The notes beneath the pieces were generated by a model that did not search any database, was not told the DNA's origin, and was given only the letters and a program-made list of their open reading frames with translations. From assembly GCA_951406725.2 (NCBI GenBank), contig OX597816.1, positions 139,004,001-139,068,000 on the forward strand: a stretch of DNA of 64,000 nt, given 5' to 3'. Below, piece by piece: positions 14,851 through 28,261 of this stretch. The DNA comes from Octopus vulgaris (Eukaryota). Made by a program: the position numbers and the translations under genes. Position 1 is the first letter of the stretch; each line of letters opens with the position of its first letter.

Positions 14851-15611
14851 TGGATCCACATAATGTTCTTGATGATTCACTTTAAAATGGCGATTTAGAT
14901 TAGAATATGCAGGCCATTCATCTGAATGAATTACTGAATCTTTTTTCACGTTCCTATTCAATGATTGGTAATAGAGTGTTTCTGTCACGCCGTTGCTCAT
15001 AGAAGTATCGACAGTCAGAAAACCCAAGTACCATCAATTCTACGTTCCAGCAATCTTACGCCGTTGATGATGAGAAACAATTTTTCCGCACACCTCTCTG
15101 CACATATTATACCAGTCATTTCCATACTGGAAGACTTTACCGTTAGAGCCACTGCTTTATTCATATGTGACTCTATTACGAAAAAGAATACCAGCGCTAA
15201 AATCATGCACAAACTCAAATTGCTGTGCAACTTGTTGATGTCCGTATAATGAATAAGAAAAACAACCTATTACCTTTCTGAACAGAACGCGAAGTTTGAC
15301 ACCTTTTTCAAGGACAGCGAAATATAGGCCGGTTTCCTCCATTTCTGTCATGTTTTCGCTTTTCTTGCACGACGTTATCACATCGATGACAAGGGATTGT
15401 TTCTTGTGATGTACCCAGAAGATTGTTTACTTATAAAATTTCAAATGCTGTTTCCTCTGTAAAAAGTATACGTCTATAGAAACGCTTTAGTATTGTAATG
15501 GTTAAAATTCACTCAGGTTAAGAGGGTAAGAAAAGGTAGACCGCATGCTAAAACTAATTTCACCGCGTAGACAGCACGCTATTGCAGGATACTGAGGTAG
15601 ACCGCATGCTA
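14851..15611 (-). mobile_element. Merlin (IS1595/IS1016-like) DNA transposon fragment, decayed
   Basis: RRIDGTWVF...RNVKKDSVIHSDEWPAYSNLN..HFKVNHQEHYVDP are Merlin/IS1595 DDE motifs. Three GTAGACCGCATGCTA-like subterminal repeats lie at 15536-15611. Confidence 0.8.
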
Positions 15612-15616
15612 ATGTA

Positions 15617-15677
<61 letters not shown>

Positions 15678-15678
15678 C

Positions 15679-15716
<38 letters not shown>

Positions 15717-15751
15717 ATAGAGGAGTGGCTGTGTGGTAAGATGCTTGCTTC

Positions 15752-15990
15752 TGGTATAGCCTTTTGTCAGCTGGATTGTAGATTTTGAGTGTAACACCTG
15801 TGACTTTTGGTTGTCTTGGCGGTGCGACGTTTTTCCATTAAACAATGGAGGAGCGTCGGGTGGGGAGTAGCGAAAGTTTGAATTGTTCCGCTTCAGACTT
15901 TGTAAACTGCCCTTCTTCGGACTTTGTGTCATCTGAGGAAGAAATGGTGGAATGTTTAAAGAAGATAGATGAAGTGATAGAGACGAAGAA
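15752..15990 (-). pseudogene. Possible Penelope-like RT N-terminal remnant
   Basis: LKIYNPADKR resembles the PLE motif IVIKPADKG. Weak support. Confidence 0.35.
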
Positions 15991-16372
15991 TTAAAAGTGA
16001 GGGGAAAGAAGTAAAGGTGCTTCCCCCCACAAAGAAGTAATCATGCACAAAACGACAGCTTTGAAATCGTGTTTCTTGACTGGGTGAAATGATCAAACTT
16101 TAAAAATTCATACTTTTTAAAAACAATTTTCTGGAGAAAGTTGAATAACTCCAGCAATTTAGCTTGGAAAAGTACGTTATGTGCCAAATTCTAAAATTTT
16201 CGATAAACTTTAATTTTTGAAATGCTGGCAGCCAAACGAACTAGATCCGTATTTGCTCCAGTAAAGACGTGTCGTCTGACTCGGCTCTATTGAATTCTTC
16301 TTCTCTTTGGGAATACCATACTGCCTTTCGAACGCCGTCTTAGAAATTCGTTTTCACATTTTCACTTTACTG

Positions 16373-17640
16373 ATGCCTCCCGTCAAAAAAATTTATCGAC
16401 AGTACAGTAGTGATTATTTATCGTTTGGATTTATTCACTCTCCTCAGAACTGTCAGTTGCCAATGTGCCTTCTTTGCCATAAGTCTCACTCAATTGGAGA
16501 ATCATTGCTTCGCCCAGTTATCGAAGAGGTTTTGTCAACCGTTATGCACGAAAAACCCGATATCAGTATGATGATCCCACTTAGTAATAACACAATTTCT
16601 CGACGCACCGATGAAATGGCCAGCGATGTCAAACATCAGCTCATTAATATTCTCCAGCGTTCTGAATTTTCTATATAAGTGGATGAGTCTACTGTTGTGG
16701 ACAATCAATGTTTGTTGATGGTATATGTTGAGTATAGCAGCGAAAACCTTCGACCTTGTGAGGAAATGCTGCTCACAGAGAAATTTCCGCTTGATTCAAA
16801 AAGTGCAACTATTTTTCACACTCTCAAGTCTTTCCTTTTTGAACATACTAACCCACTCAGTAATATTCTTGCCTGTGCGTCTGATGGATCCCCTTCGATG
16901 ATAGGAAGATAAAGATATTTTTCATCTCTCCTAAAGCGTGAAATTTCCCACCAGATACTAACTGTTCGTTGCTTGGCACACCGGTATCATTTAGTGGCAA
17001 AAAAAAAAGAAAAAAATGAACAGTAGATTGAATGATGCGTTAGTTATCAAGACTGTGAACAAATTGAAGTCCAGTCTCTTGTCTGATCGAATTTTCCATC
17101 AACTCTGTCTAAGAAATGATGAGGACCATACTAAACTCTTATACCCTACAGAAGTGCGGTGGCTGTCAAAAGGAAACTGCGTTTTACACTTTGTTGAACT
17201 GTTTCATATTATCATATCTTTCTTTGAAGATACTCCACTATCCGCTTCATTGATGGCTGCGATATATTTTTTCTTTGTGATATATTCACAAAATTAAATG
17301 ATTTGAATAAGTTATTGCAAGGAGACAGAAAAACACCTGTTGATTGTAAATCATTTATCACTACTTTCATTTCAAAATTGGTGTTGTATAAAACTAACAT
17401 TTCAAAACGTCAGTTCCATCAATTTCCACAACTTGATTCTTTGAAAGATGAATTGATTGATGAGGATTTAACTACATATCGCAACTATTTACAATCATTG
17501 CACGATAACACGGTGGAGCGATTTCAAGATGTTATTCTGCTGAATATTTCAAATTGGTATAGCAATCCGTTTGAGGTCGATGCAGTCAATTTCGAGGATG
17601 ATGTTCAGGAGGAATAAAAAATTCCATATGTGGCTGAAGA
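16373..17640 (+). pseudogene. Buster/Charlie-type hAT transposase, internally deleted, with stops and frameshifts
   Basis: RQYSSDYLSFGF...PMCLLC (truncated BED finger), HSIGESLLRP, IPLSNNTISRR, DEST, SDGSPSMIG, CLAHR and TEVRWLSKG are diagnostic of ZBED5/SCAND3/Buster transposases. Confidence 0.92.
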
Positions 17641-18329
17641 GGGCTCTACATTTTAAAACTGATGTAATACTTACATTGTTTAATTAAATGAAGTAGCATG
17701 AAACGATTGTACTACACTACCTTTGGATATCCTTGTTGCTTATTTTGATTATAATCACCTCGTTTGATTTATATGGATAATACCATATCAAATTCTGGTA
17801 CCTTTAACTTAAGTACTATATTCATCTGAATCTAAATTTTTGCTGAACTTATATATATATATAGAGAGAGAGAGGGGGGAGGGAGAGAGAGAGAAAATGA
17901 GAGAGAGAGTGAGAGAGAAAGAAAGACAGACAGACAGTGTGTGTATGTGAGAGAGAGAGAGGTCAGTGCTAAGTACACGAACTTTGAGAGGTTGTTGTAT
18001 AAAACTTCATGTTCCTCTCTCTCAGTTCCAAAAACCTTTACTCTGACTCTTTTCTGATCACGAGCTGTAGCTCTAATGAGGACATGTAAAAGTTTCTCCA
18101 AATCGAACCCATTTAAATGCAGCATTTATAGCTCCCTTCTTGACATTGTCTACACTTAGTAACCGCTCTTCTAGCTATTGAATTATTGATCGGCTTCATT
18201 ATCTCCTTTAATCTTAACTGTTTCACGCCATCTGACATCAATCAACTCTTAATCATCAACGTGGACAAGACTTCTTTCAGTTTGCTGGACAACACCCACT
18301 AGCATATATCAGTCGAGCGGATCAACTAA

Positions 18330-19350
18330 TCATCATTTAAATGGACCAGTTTGATAGCCAAAATCTCACCACCTGCTACACTAGTACCTTTTTTTTACCA
18401 GATACGTGGACTGCGTACTTTTTCCGGTCACAGTTCTAGTGAAGAATACTACTCGATACTGGAGAAATTTGCGGGCAATAATAAGCACGCGATATTCAGC
18501 ACTGAATACTCCTGCAACATTGGATTCCTCTCTCTACTTGACGCTCAACTCAAATTCAAGGGGAGAGATTTTACGAGAAATTTGACAGCAGTAATCTGTT
18601 CGTCCACCTCATTCAGATCAACCCTGCGCCTATTATTGCTAAAAACGGGTACGTAAGAATCATCTTGTTCCCCCACACTCAGCGAAGATGCAGCGAAACA
18701 GAAAAACGAACCATCCAATGCCACACACTTCCAAAAGCTGCCGGTTGTCAACGATACTTGGCATCCGTTACCAGAAACTTTCAGAAGTCCATGTCAAGGA
18801 AAAGGGAAAAAATTTTCCAATGCCAGTCTTCAGAAGTTACCACACTTCAGGGAAAGTATAACTACTGCTTTACACTAGGCCATCCATAGAGAAGTTCTAA
18901 GGATACTGCTGCCTTCTCACACCGAGTATTCCCAACGAGTATACTAATGAAAGAAACTGCTCCCTCACTCACAGAAACCTATCCACATTGACTAGTTCTT
19001 CAATCCACAACAGTTGCGTACTTATGACATAAATACCACAAATGTTACATTAGCAGCACTATATGGCCATTAAATATCCGAATCAAATAAACGTCTCAAA
19101 ACATGTGCACAATTTCTTAGAAATAAGAACCTCGTAGTTACCATTAAAAGTTGTAGACCAGTCACCTGCAGGTAGAAGAAGTAACTATGATGAAGAAATT
19201 CGAATCAACAATGAACAAGTGGCTTGAAGTAAATGTGCGCCCAAAAATACTGTGAAGACAACTCTCAATACGTGACTGAATTCCCCTTCGCACACAAGAC
19301 ACTCCAAACTGGTACTTGGAGCATCGAACTTAAATCCAGATCTGAGTATT
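18330..19350 (+). pseudogene. Heavily decayed Penelope-like RT remnant
   Basis: FSTEYS...LSLLDAQL resembles FT.E.....FLDV, and HP...RRCSETE resembles HP...RLRRICS. Many stops. Confidence 0.45.
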
Positions 19351-20235
19351 TATAACATGGCAATTCGAATATCATACGCAAAGCTTCGGCACGCCAATCG
19401 AATGGTTACGTAATATATATCTTTTTTGTCATCACACCTTTTGTAAAATAATTGATACTAACAAGAATAATTAAATATTTCTAAGATAAAATATTAGTAT
19501 TTGGGACAGTACGTAGGCCTTGGAGCACATGTCCATACTGTGAACTGGACAGTCGGTCAATGCACACGCACACACGTTCACACACACACGTTCACACACA
19601 CACACACATACACACACACACACACACTCACTCACGCTTCAATGTAAGCTATGGTGTGTATATTTCTCTAGGTTTGAGCCTAATTTATTAATTACTCCGT
19701 AATGCAATGCCGCATTTTAAGATAAATTCTTGTAAAATATACAGGTTGATCTTTTGTTAAATATAGAAATGTCAAAAATTGCTATGTTAATTAAATTCAA
19801 TTAATTGAAATCTTTAATTAAAATCTTCTATTAAGATGCAGTTCTGAATATAACTAATCAGAACTCTTCTGACTTTCCACATGGTCCTTTTTGTATCTTA
19901 ATTTTCAGCGTCTGAATTTTAAAAAATGTACTGAATCCCATCCCCTACATGTTGCAGTCCCCAGCAATTTCCTACCCATCTACATGTTTACACATGTAAC
20001 AACCTACAGGATTTTAAACTAAATATTAATCACTTTAACCAGTTTGGGAAGTTCTGCAAAGACCAAATATGCGAACTCCTACTAACTAGTAAATAAAAAA
20101 AACTAGAACCACTATTCCACCATTACCAACAATATCAATACCACCACTACAATTAATGATAGGTCCTCCATCGCTTTCGACGATTGGTATTCAGATGTTC
20201 CAGCAACTGCCCCTCCTGCTCATTAAATTGATTTC

Positions 20236-20440
20236 AAATTTTGGTGCAAGGCCAGCAATTTTGGGCCAGGGGTAAAGTTAATTGCATCGATATCAGTGTT
20301 CAACGGGTACTTACTTTATCGACCCCGACAGGAAGAAAAAGAAAGTCAACCTCAGTGGAATTTGAACTCAGAACGTTGAGACGGACGAAATCTGCTAAGC
20401 ATTTTGACCAGAGCACTAACAATCTGCCAACTCACCGCCA
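20236..20440 (-). mobile_element. SINE family A/B copy, diverged
   Basis: tttatcgaccccga...gtcaacctcagtggaatttgaactcagaacg...ctgccaactcaccgcc. Confidence 0.85.
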
Positions 20441-20999
20441 TATCCGGCTTATTATACTAACATATTAAGAGGTTGAGTATTCCCAAGCATGTGATAATAT
20501 GTGGCAAAGCCGGACTTTTGAATTACATTCATACGGCATCGGAGGCCTTGTGGTTGCTAAAGTGATTTGACCGACATCTCATGCAGTGGGATACATTACA
20601 AAGACCACGTGATTTCCATGTAAATTTCTTTATTACTGAACCTGTCTGCGGCCATAAACACCATTACTTTGACCACCACCACCACCACATTTACGTCACT
20701 TTTACCATTAACGTTAACTTTATTAACGCATAAAAGCCTAATCCTCCTCCTCCCCCTCCTCCTCCTCCTCCTCCTCCTCCTCCTCATCATCATCATCAAC
20801 ATCCCTAGCAACAGGAAGCAGTGAACGGGGAGATTTTGCGTGCTTTCTTTGACCAGCCAGAAATAGTAGCCGAATCGTCCTCAAATTACATCCAACTGTC
20901 TTAGGCACGGATCCATGAATAACATAGTCATACCTTCTGTTCGGTCAGGACTGACCTGGGGCTAAACTGCGACAACTATAACAACAAATAGAAAAGCAG

Positions 21000-22060
21000 C
21001 GACTGACGTTGTTGCTGTCACCATAACTAGCGACACCACCCCTACCACTACAATCCACCACCATAGCAACAACAATACTATCGCCAACACTACACCATCG
21101 CCATATCAACACTACCCCATCCTAACACCACCACCATCCCAATACCACCGCCATCCCAACACCACCAGCACCACATCACCATCACCACCACATCACCACC
21201 GCTAAACTAACATCACCGCCACCTCAAAATCACCACCGCCCCAACACCACCACCATCTCAACACCACCGCCACCCCAAAACCAATGCCACCTCACTGCCG
21301 TCGCCACCACATTACTTTCACACACCTCGAAACCATTGCCACCCCAACACTACTGCCACTCCAGCACCACCACCACCCCGACACCAATGCGACACCACCG
21401 CCACCACATTACCTTCACACACCTCGAAACCATCTCCACCCCAGCACCACTGCCAATCCACCACCACCACCATCGCCACTCCAACACCGCTATTACCACA
21501 TTAGAATCCCCGCCCTAACACGACCGCTTCCACTTCACCATCACCACCCCAACCCCACTGCCACCTCATCACCACTACCACCACCCCACCACAACATCGC
21601 TGCCACACCACCACTTCACATCTTTAGCCGCCGCCGCCGACAAAACACCAGTGCTGCTCCACCAACAGCACCACCACCTCAACTCTACCTCTACAACAGC
21701 ATCGCCAATTCAACACCAATGTCAGCATAACACCTTCCCAACCCAGCCACCACGACATCACTGCTGCTACCCCAACACCACTGACGCCGCTACAACACCT
21801 CCCCAGCCGCCGCCAAATATAACAATAACACTACATTCAACTTAGTAGTACTAGCACCAACTCCAAACGGTGTCACCAACACCGATGTCATCATAAATTC
21901 CAACATCACAACTGCACCCCCGCCCCAACACAGTAGCATTTCCAACACTCACTGTTACAACTACCACCAACACTATCATGACCATCAACGCTATCAACAC
22001 CACCACCAACACATACGCCAAAAACGCCAACACAAAACACACACTTAACCATCAATAACC
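21000..22060. repeat. Degenerate (CAC/CCA)n low-complexity tract with an internal ~100-bp tandem duplication (about 21281-21480)
   Basis: ccaccacattac.ttcacacacctcgaaaccat occurs twice. The region is C/A-rich throughout. Confidence 0.85.
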
Positions 22061-22827
22061 ACAAGAACAAGTGATTTAAAGGAAGACGTGTCGCGAGTTG
22101 AATAGCTTGTGTGCATGTGTACATGAATAGGTGTATGTATGTATGTATATATGTATGTATGTATGTATGTGTGTGTGTGTCTGTGTTTGAACCGAGGTGT
22201 GTGGCAAGAAAATGCAGTGTGTGTGGGTATGTGAATGTTCTACTTCTGTGTGTGCACGTGTGTGTGTGTCTGCTGGTGATTATATAGAATAAAGGAGCGT
22301 ACAAAAGAAATCAAAGAATATGAAGCTTGCTTAAGAAGCTAGGTTGAGCTTTCTAATCCTGTGACAGTGCGAAAAGAACATTAAAACAAGATCAACAACA
22401 ATAACAACAACAACAACAACAACAGTAACAACAACAACAAAAAACAGCAACAACAACAACAATAAGATTGAAGTATGCCCCAGGAGTGTTAAGGCTGGTG
22501 TTGGTGATAGCTAACAATATTGACAAGGCGGAGATCAATACAATTTGACTGAGCTGCTTGTAGAATTTCATGTGTGTCAAAACTGAGAGCGAAGTTGCTG
22601 GGACTGATATTAATTCAACACGTTAGCATAAGTACATAACAGGATTATGTCGACAGCGAGAGAGCAAGGGGAAAGAGAGAGACAGAGACAGACATAAGAT
22701 ATACATATAGATGAAGAGAGAGAGAAAGAGAAAGAATGAGTGAGAGTTAAACTGCCTGTATATGGAGCTGGGTGAAGTGTAAGAAAGATTTATGTATCTA
22801 TGGAGAGGCTGCTATCACCTATAACAT

Positions 22828-22878
<51 letters not shown>

Positions 22879-24039
22879 AACTACTAACATCACCATTGCC
22901 CTCACTACCACCACTACCGCCGCCACCAACAATACCACCACCACCACCACCACCAAAACCACCGCCTCCACCGCCACCACTGCCACCCCACCCTCGCCGC
23001 CGCTGGTGCAGCCATAAGTACAAGCACCATCAACACTTTCCCGATCGCCACCATTTTCAGCACCTCTATCAGTATCCTCTACTTACCATGAACCAACGAA
23101 GGCGCCTCTATGTGTGTGTATATTGGTCATGGTGGTGGTCATCCTATTTGCTAGAAATAGCATCTAAATCTACTTCAAATCACATGCTACTGTCTTCCCG
23201 AAAGAAAAAGAAAACGATGGGCAACCGCTGTTAGTGTTTTTATATCCCCGTATCTTGGCGATCCTACATAAGGTAGAGATTGAATGAATACCTGACTTAA
23301 AAGAATATATATATATATATATTCAAAGCGCTGCCCCAGCATAGCCACAGTCTAATGACTGAAACAAGTAAAAGATAAAATATGCTATTTAGCCCCAGGT
23401 TAGCCTTAATCGAGTAAAACCACGATGAAAAATGCTCCAGCCTCTTCCGTCGTGTTTTTTTTATCTTACATTGAAGGAACTCAGGACCGTGCTTTCCATT
23501 TTGGGGGAAGGTCATAGTCGATTCTATCCACTGTTGTACTTAATAAATACTTTATTATATCGATCAGGGTCAGGTGAAAAAGAAAATTGAACGCGGTAAT
23601 GTTTGAACTTAAAATGCATTTTGATCACCGCTTTAACGGTTTTGTCAACAGCTACATCTGTAACCTTCTGAAACCTGCTACAACCACGTCAACGTTAGTT
23701 ATAACCTCAATAAAAGTATCAAAACCACACAACCACCACCACCACCATCACTACAATAGTTTTTATATATCATCGTATGATGTCTTCGAAATCGAAAATT
23801 CATGGATTAGGGCTGTCCACGTCGACTGCAGCAACACCGTTCACTAACTGTGACAACAGGAAATGTGCAGACTCTACCCCAGGTTCGACCTCCTTTTTAT
23901 CCATTCTTCGAATACCTTTTTATCCATTCTTCGACTACCTTTCCTCCTTAAAAGCAAACCTGAGGGCAATCCCTAAGCATTTTGCCCGGCGTGCCAAGAT
24001 TCTGCCAGTTCGCTGCCTTCTTTACAACCTTAATACTCC

Positions 24040-24428
24040 CTACTACCCAAGGCTTCAAATTTGTGAGGAGGGGACTAGTTTATTACATCGACCCCAATGT
24101 TTCACTGGTACTTAATTTTTTCGATCACAAAAGGATGAAAGGCAAAGTCGACCTCGGCGGAATTTGAACTCATAACGTAGCGACAAGCGAAATACCTATT
24201 TCTTTACTACCCACAAGGGGCTAAACACAGAGGGAACAAACAAGGACAGACAATCGGATTAAGACCATTACATCGACCCAGTGCGTAACTGGTACTTAAT
24301 TTATCGACCACGAAAGGATGAAAGACAAAGTCGACCTCGGCGGAATTTGAACTCAGAACGTAACGGCATACGAAATACGGCTGCGCATTTCGCCCGGCGT
24401 GCTAACGTTTCTCCCAGCTCGTCGCCTT
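24040..24428 (-). mobile_element. Dimeric SINE (full family-A monomer fused to a 5'-truncated second monomer), copy 1
   Basis: Two central domains, with junction cgacaagcgaaatacc|tatttctttactacccacaagggg at about 24197. Confidence 0.8.
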
Positions 24429-24453
24429 TTTCATGGCGGTAATAATAACAACC

Positions 24454-24838
24454 TTTCTACTATAGACACAAAACCTGACATTTTGGGGAAGGGTTGATCG
24501 ACCTCAGTATGCAAATGGAACTTGATTTATCGACACCGAAACGATGAAAGGCAAAGTCGACCTCAGCGGAATTTGAACTCAGAATGTAGCGACAGGCGAA
24601 ATACCTATTTCTTTACTACCCACAAGGGGCTAAACAAAGAGAGGACAAACAAGGACAGACAAACGGATTAAGTCGATTACATCGACCCCAGTACGTAACT
24701 GGTACTTATTTAATCGACTCCGAAAGGATGAAAGGCAAAGTCGACCTCGGCGGAATTTGAACTCAGAGCGTAACGGCAGACGAAATACGGCTACGCATTT
24801 CGCCCGGCGTGCTAACGTTTCTGCCAGCTCGCCGCCTT
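24454..24838 (-). mobile_element. Dimeric SINE, copy 2
   Basis: Same junction, gacaggcgaaatacc|tatttctttactacccacaagggg, at about 24606. Confidence 0.8.
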
Positions 24839-25029
24839 TTACACAACTGTGATAATAATAACAAGTCGAACCACAATGGTCACAACGAGCAGAAAAAAAT
24901 CTACACCATCAGCAAACCATGATCACAGCGAACACGAGCGCCAGCAACAACAGCAATAACAACAAATAAACAGCGACACCTGTCATAATAATAATTTGAA
25001 ATTTTGGCACCAAAACCAGTAATTTTAAG

Positions 25030-25460
25030 CTTAGCGGTATTTCGCCAGTCGCTACGTTCTGAGCTCAAATTCCGCCGAAGTCGACTTTGCCTTTCATTCT
25101 TTTGGGGTTGCGTACTTATTTTATCGACCCCGAAGTATTAAAGGTAAAGTCGATCGGCAGCATTTGAACTCAGAACGTAAATACGGAAGAAATCCCGCTA
25201 AACATTTTGTCCGGCGTGCTGCCGGTTCTGCCAGGTCATTTTGTTTTCTGCTATAGGCAAAAAGTCTGGGATTTTGGGGTGGGGGATAGTAGACTTCATC
25301 GGCTCCAGTGCTCAACTGGTACTTATTTTATCGAACTCGAAAGGATGAAGGGAAACGTCTACCCCGACAGCATTTGAACTTACAATGTAAAATGCAAGAA
25401 GAAACGTCGCTAAGCACTTTAGCCGCCGCTGTGAAAGATTCTTCCAGTTCGTCGCCTTAG
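25030..25460. mobile_element. Cluster of three further SINE A/B fragments (one +, two -)
   Basis: 25030-25110 is the plus-strand ttctgagctcaaattccgccgaagtcgactttgcc. 25112-25235 and 25245-25460 are minus-strand copies. Confidence 0.8.
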
Positions 25461-25934
25461 ACACAATAATAAAAATAAAAACAAGGAGTCACATGATTGG
25501 AATCAAACGTTATAAGATTCATAGATTTAGTGTCAGAATTGGAAAGACATCAAAATAATCGTTAATCTAACATATTCTAACAAGTACAGTTGTTGTAGCT
25601 GTCGTTTGCATTATATATCATGACTTCAGTGAGACTGCCATTGATACTGCACAGCTTAACTGGGTATAAATGCGCAGGGTTCAATTTATCTTCATACAAA
25701 GTGATAGATAGATAGAGAGATAAATAGATAGATAGATATGTTTCTTTATTAGCCGCACAGGACTGAACACAGAGGGGACAAATTACAAAGTGGAGATTTT
25801 CTTTTTGTGGAGAAAAAAGTGGGGGTAGGTTTTCGATCAAAAGGGATCGTAAAAAAAAAACGATCACTAGGGATCGTGTTGATAGATAGATATATAGATA
25901 TAGATAAATAGATGCACACACGCATATATATTTG

Positions 25935-26127
25935 CCATGATAGATCGTTAGCCACTAAACCTTTTTGTACTTTCTCTCTCTGTTTATTTCTGTGTTCCTT
26001 TCTGTCGAAGAGCGTAGGCTCGAAAAGTAAAAGACTTTCTCACTTCCCGAGCGTTAAACTAACACATCTGTTTGATGTTTACACACCCGTCTTTGTCTTT
26101 TGATTTTTTTAAAAATTCGCACTATAT
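25935..26127 (+). mobile_element. Penelope-like pseudo-LTR with degenerate minimal hammerhead (25996-26035)
   Basis: CTTT-CTGTCGA-A-GAGC(GTAG)GCTC-GAAAAGTA-AAAG. The downstream part (gagcgttaaactaa.acatctgtttg...) recurs at 31543-31620, and the element ends at a TA-rich microsatellite. Confidence 0.65.
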
Positions 26128-26195
26128 CTATATATACATACATAATATACATACATTATATATATATATATGTATGTATACATATGTATGTGTAT

Positions 26196-26233
<38 letters not shown>

Positions 26234-26234
26234 G

Positions 26235-26301
<67 letters not shown>

Positions 26302-26394
26302 TATTATATATATGTGTATGAATGCGTGGGTGCATCTATCGACCTATACATACATACATACATACATACATACATACATACACACACACACAAA

Positions 26395-26446
<52 letters not shown>

Positions 26447-26617
26447 GATAGAGATAGATAGATATACATACATTCATGCATACGTACATACATGCATATA
26501 ATGACTTTGTTCCAGGATTGTGTTTAGATGGACGTGTCCTGCGCGCCGCCGAATGTTTAAGTCACGTGGTACTTATTCAAATTGTTATTGAATACATAAC
26601 TCCTACCAAATGTGTTG

Positions 26618-26885
26618 AGTGTTACTTATTTTTATTCAGTCTGTTACTTATCTTACCCGTCTTTTTTGCCGAGCCCTTAGCAGGCACAAATTAGCACACA
26701 CGTATATGTATGTATGTGTATGTTTGTGTGTGTTGACGACGGACTTCCTTCCGTTTCTGTTTATCAAATGCACTCACAAGGCTTTAGTAGGCCCAGGGCT
26801 ATATTAGAAGATACTTCCCCAAAGTGCTACACAGTTTGACTGAACCGGAATCTTGGCCGTAGAGAGCAAACACCTTACCACACAA
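26618..26885 (-). mobile_element. CORE-type SINE copy, degraded
   Basis: Matches 61379-61776 (cactcacaaggcttt, gaagatacttcccc, cttaccacaca). Confidence 0.75.
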
Positions 26886-26953
26886 ACACTATCTTCCTAT
26901 GTCGTAAAAAGTTCCCTAAATTTGCAAACTTAAACATTCCACGCTATTGCTCC

Positions 26954-27008
<55 letters not shown>

Positions 27009-27009
27009 G

Positions 27010-27420
27010 TCATTTAACGTCCGCTTTCCATGCTAGCATGGGTTGGACGGTTCGACTGGGGATCTGGGAAGCCAGATGGCTTCACCAGGCTCCAGTCTGA
27101 TCTGGCAGTGTTTCTACAGCTGGGTGCCCTTCCTAACGCCAACCACTCCGTGAGTGTAGTGGGTGCTTTTTACGATCCACCGGCACAGGTGCCAGGCGAA
27201 GCTGGCAACGGCCACGATCGGATTGGTGCTTTTTACATGCCACCGGCACAGGGATCACAACTGCAGTTTCCATTGATTTTTTTATGTTGGTGTACTTGAC
27301 TCAATGGATCTCGTCAAGCATAGGGTCGAAACGGTGTTTCTTTACTTGCCACCTGCACAGGAGTCAGTCCAGCGGCACTGGCAACTGCTGCGTGCCAGTC
27401 ATAGGATTGGTTCAATTTCG
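27010..27420 (-). mobile_element. SINE/short retroposon with (GAT)n tail (V-domain-like motif)
   Basis: Minus-strand GTGGTTGGCGTTAGGAAGGGCACCCAGCTGTAGAAAC...AGCGGACGTTAAATGACGATGATG, with the tail being the (CAT)n at 26954-27009. A second copy lies at 30977-31135 (+). Confidence 0.8.
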
Positions 27421-28161
27421 ATTCCGATTTCACTAGTTGAATTTGCTCTAGTTTGACAAAATGATATTTGTTCAGTCATTGTTGCCCTGTTATATTCTAT
27501 CATCATAACCAATATAAATTTTCTTGTGTAATCGCTAAGCATAATCGAAAATAACTATAGGTATATTCTACTGTTCTGAAGTGTTATCATAGTTTAAACA
27601 TCGACATACATAGCTGTTGTATAGCAGTAAAATTATATTTACTAAATGTTATAGCTTTTAAGATAAAACATTGTTATTATCCACGAAAACTTCAAAATGT
27701 ATTTATAATCGATCTGACGAAATGTCACGATGTATTGTTTATTTATAGAAAAATTTTCGAAAGAGATTACAATTCATATGGAAAGAAATAAAGATTCTAC
27801 TTTTAGTAATACTTGTAATGTGATAAGAACTGCTTTGTTTGAGACAAGAAGGTATTTATATATTCATGTGGAATATTCTAGTAGATAAGATTATCAGCAA
27901 AAGCGGCATATTTTGGTATTAAATTAGATCATGGAATTTTAAGATTCTTAACTGGTATAAAATTGAATTTTCGTGAGGAATACAGAGGGAGGACGGCTTT
28001 GTTCTTAAAGGTAATTTTTGGAGATTAAATGTTGTTATTACGTTGTGTGATCTATTTACCTAGATAACTAGCTGACTATCTCTCATATGCATTCTTACAT
28101 ATAGCCATATGTTATGTTATGTATACATACATGTACATATTACGTGCGTGTGAGAATGTAC

Positions 28162-28192
<31 letters not shown>

Positions 28193-28193
28193 A

Positions 28194-28261
<68 letters not shown>

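Noticed and set aside
21284-21730. Pro/His/Thr-rich 148-aa ORF (mucin/extensin-like), and the similar ORF at 22800-23234
   Set aside because: Derived from degenerate (CAC)n/(TAC)n tracts that are open in several frames, with no evidence of a gene.
23975-25460. CRISPR-like repeat/spacer appearance
   Set aside because: The units are 150-400-bp SINE copies in a eukaryotic context, with no short constant repeats and no cas genes.
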